From contig OZ024754.1 of NCBI GenBank assembly GCA_964016885.1, forward strand, positions 13,950,001-14,014,000: a stretch of 64,000 nucleotides of DNA. The letters are read 5' to 3'. This document shows, in pieces, positions 1 through 64,000 of the stretch. The position numbers were made by a program, and so were the translations under genes. The DNA is from Eledone cirrhosa (lineage: Eukaryota). The notes below the pieces were generated by a model. That model was given only the letters and a program-made list of their open reading frames with translations, did not search any database and was not told where the DNA came from. The first letter of the stretch is position 1. Every line of letters starts with the position of its first letter.

Positions 1-177
1 TGTGCGTGTGCGCATGCGTGTGTGTGTGTGTATGTATGTATGTGTGTGTGTTTGTGTGTATAGATATGTCTTTATGCATACATTTACATCTAACATTCCT
101 GTTGATAATATATAGTGATAATATATAGCTTTGTCTTACCATTCTCTCTGTTTTTACCTTATGACACAACCATATAG

Positions 178-63110
<62,933 letters not shown>

Positions 63111-63429
63111 TAAGACTTCAGAATTCCTTTTTTTATTATCGTGGATGGATGTGGTTATTATTCAGTGTTGCAATGTTAGTGTGATTTCTACCTAACATTC
63201 TCAGTATATCCTACATTTTATCCTTTTAGGATGTTGGCAAGTTTTCTATGGCTGGATGCCCTTCCTATTACCAACCACTTTACAGTGTGTACAGGGGCAT
63301 TTAGCATGTAGACCACCAACACTAGGGAGGTTATCATACCCTTGACACAACTGAAGAGTCCTTTCAAGCCTCTTTTGTCATGAGTGTGTATGTGTATTGA
63401 TTAAAAAGTTTCAGACTTTTCATTGGTAA

Positions 63430-63925
63430 TCAGCAGAAGGGAGGTGTTAAAGCCAATGTCGTTATCTTCAATTCAGTATTTGTGCTAACCCTTACCTATG
63501 GTCATGAGTCTTGGGTAATTACCGAAAGAATACGATCATGAATACAAGCTGCTGAAATGGGGTTCCTCTAAATGGTCTTTGAAGTAACATTACTAAATAG
63601 AGTGTGTAGCTCAGGGATCAGAGAGTCACTCCAAGTAGAACCCTTACTTCTGCGGATTGAGAGATCACAGCTCCGATATTACGGACATGTGGTTAGAATG
63701 TCTCAGGAAAGAATCACTGGACAGATTTTATGGGCAAAACCAACTGGCAGGAGACCAAGGGGTAAACCCCAAGCAAGATGGTTGGATAACATCTATGAGC
63801 TTAGCTGGTCTCGCTTGGGGATCCAGCCGAATCAATTGGAGATGGTTACTTCTGACAGGACTCACTGGAAGGAGTGTTTGAGGACTCTGCCTCCACAACC
63901 CTCCCAGAAATAAGTGGGCAAAGAA
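63430..63925 (+). mobile_element. RTE-like LINE 3' fragment (second family)
   Basis: LTYGHESW..LLRIERSQLRYYGHVVRM..GRRPRGKPQARW; related pieces at about 13075-13270(+), 30020-30290(-) and 39500-39770(+). Confidence 0.8.
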
Positions 63926-64000
63926 GAAGATGTCTTCTTCATGTTTCTCGGTGCGGCCTAACTTTATTTAGTTCAATGAAGACCAGACCACAAAGAAACA

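Overview
AT-rich, microsatellite-rich animal DNA; the SINE, RTE and Penelope repeat landscape suggests a cephalopod such as octopus, but that is inference. The whole window is the interior of one + strand gene for a large scavenger-receptor cysteine-rich (SRCR, group A, 6-Cys) protein. I read 27 exons encoding 13.5 head-to-tail SRCR domains with no linkers. Each domain is split into a 145-nt A exon (phase 1 to 2) and a 158-164-nt B exon (phase 2 to 1), all GT-AG with an uninterrupted frame. No start, signal peptide, transmembrane segment or stop lies in the window. The introns hold three large minisatellites (36, 22 and 43 bp units), an intact-ORF R4/Dong-type RLE retrotransposon (1130 aa), a deleted DD37D (maT) transposon, piggyBac-, hAT-, pogo- and mariner-type MITEs, two Helitron-like elements, tRNA-SINEs and RTE/L1 fragments. 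They also hold many fold-back, Penelope-like remnants that carry hammerhead-ribozyme cores. Highlights are the paired loss of one disulfide across two exons, an alternating pattern of cation-binding residues, a duplication-born 51-nt candidate cassette exon, in-frame combinatorial splicing potential, and several hammerhead families including a U3-A8 core variant on the sense strand. All analysis was by eye; no database search, folding or alignment was run.
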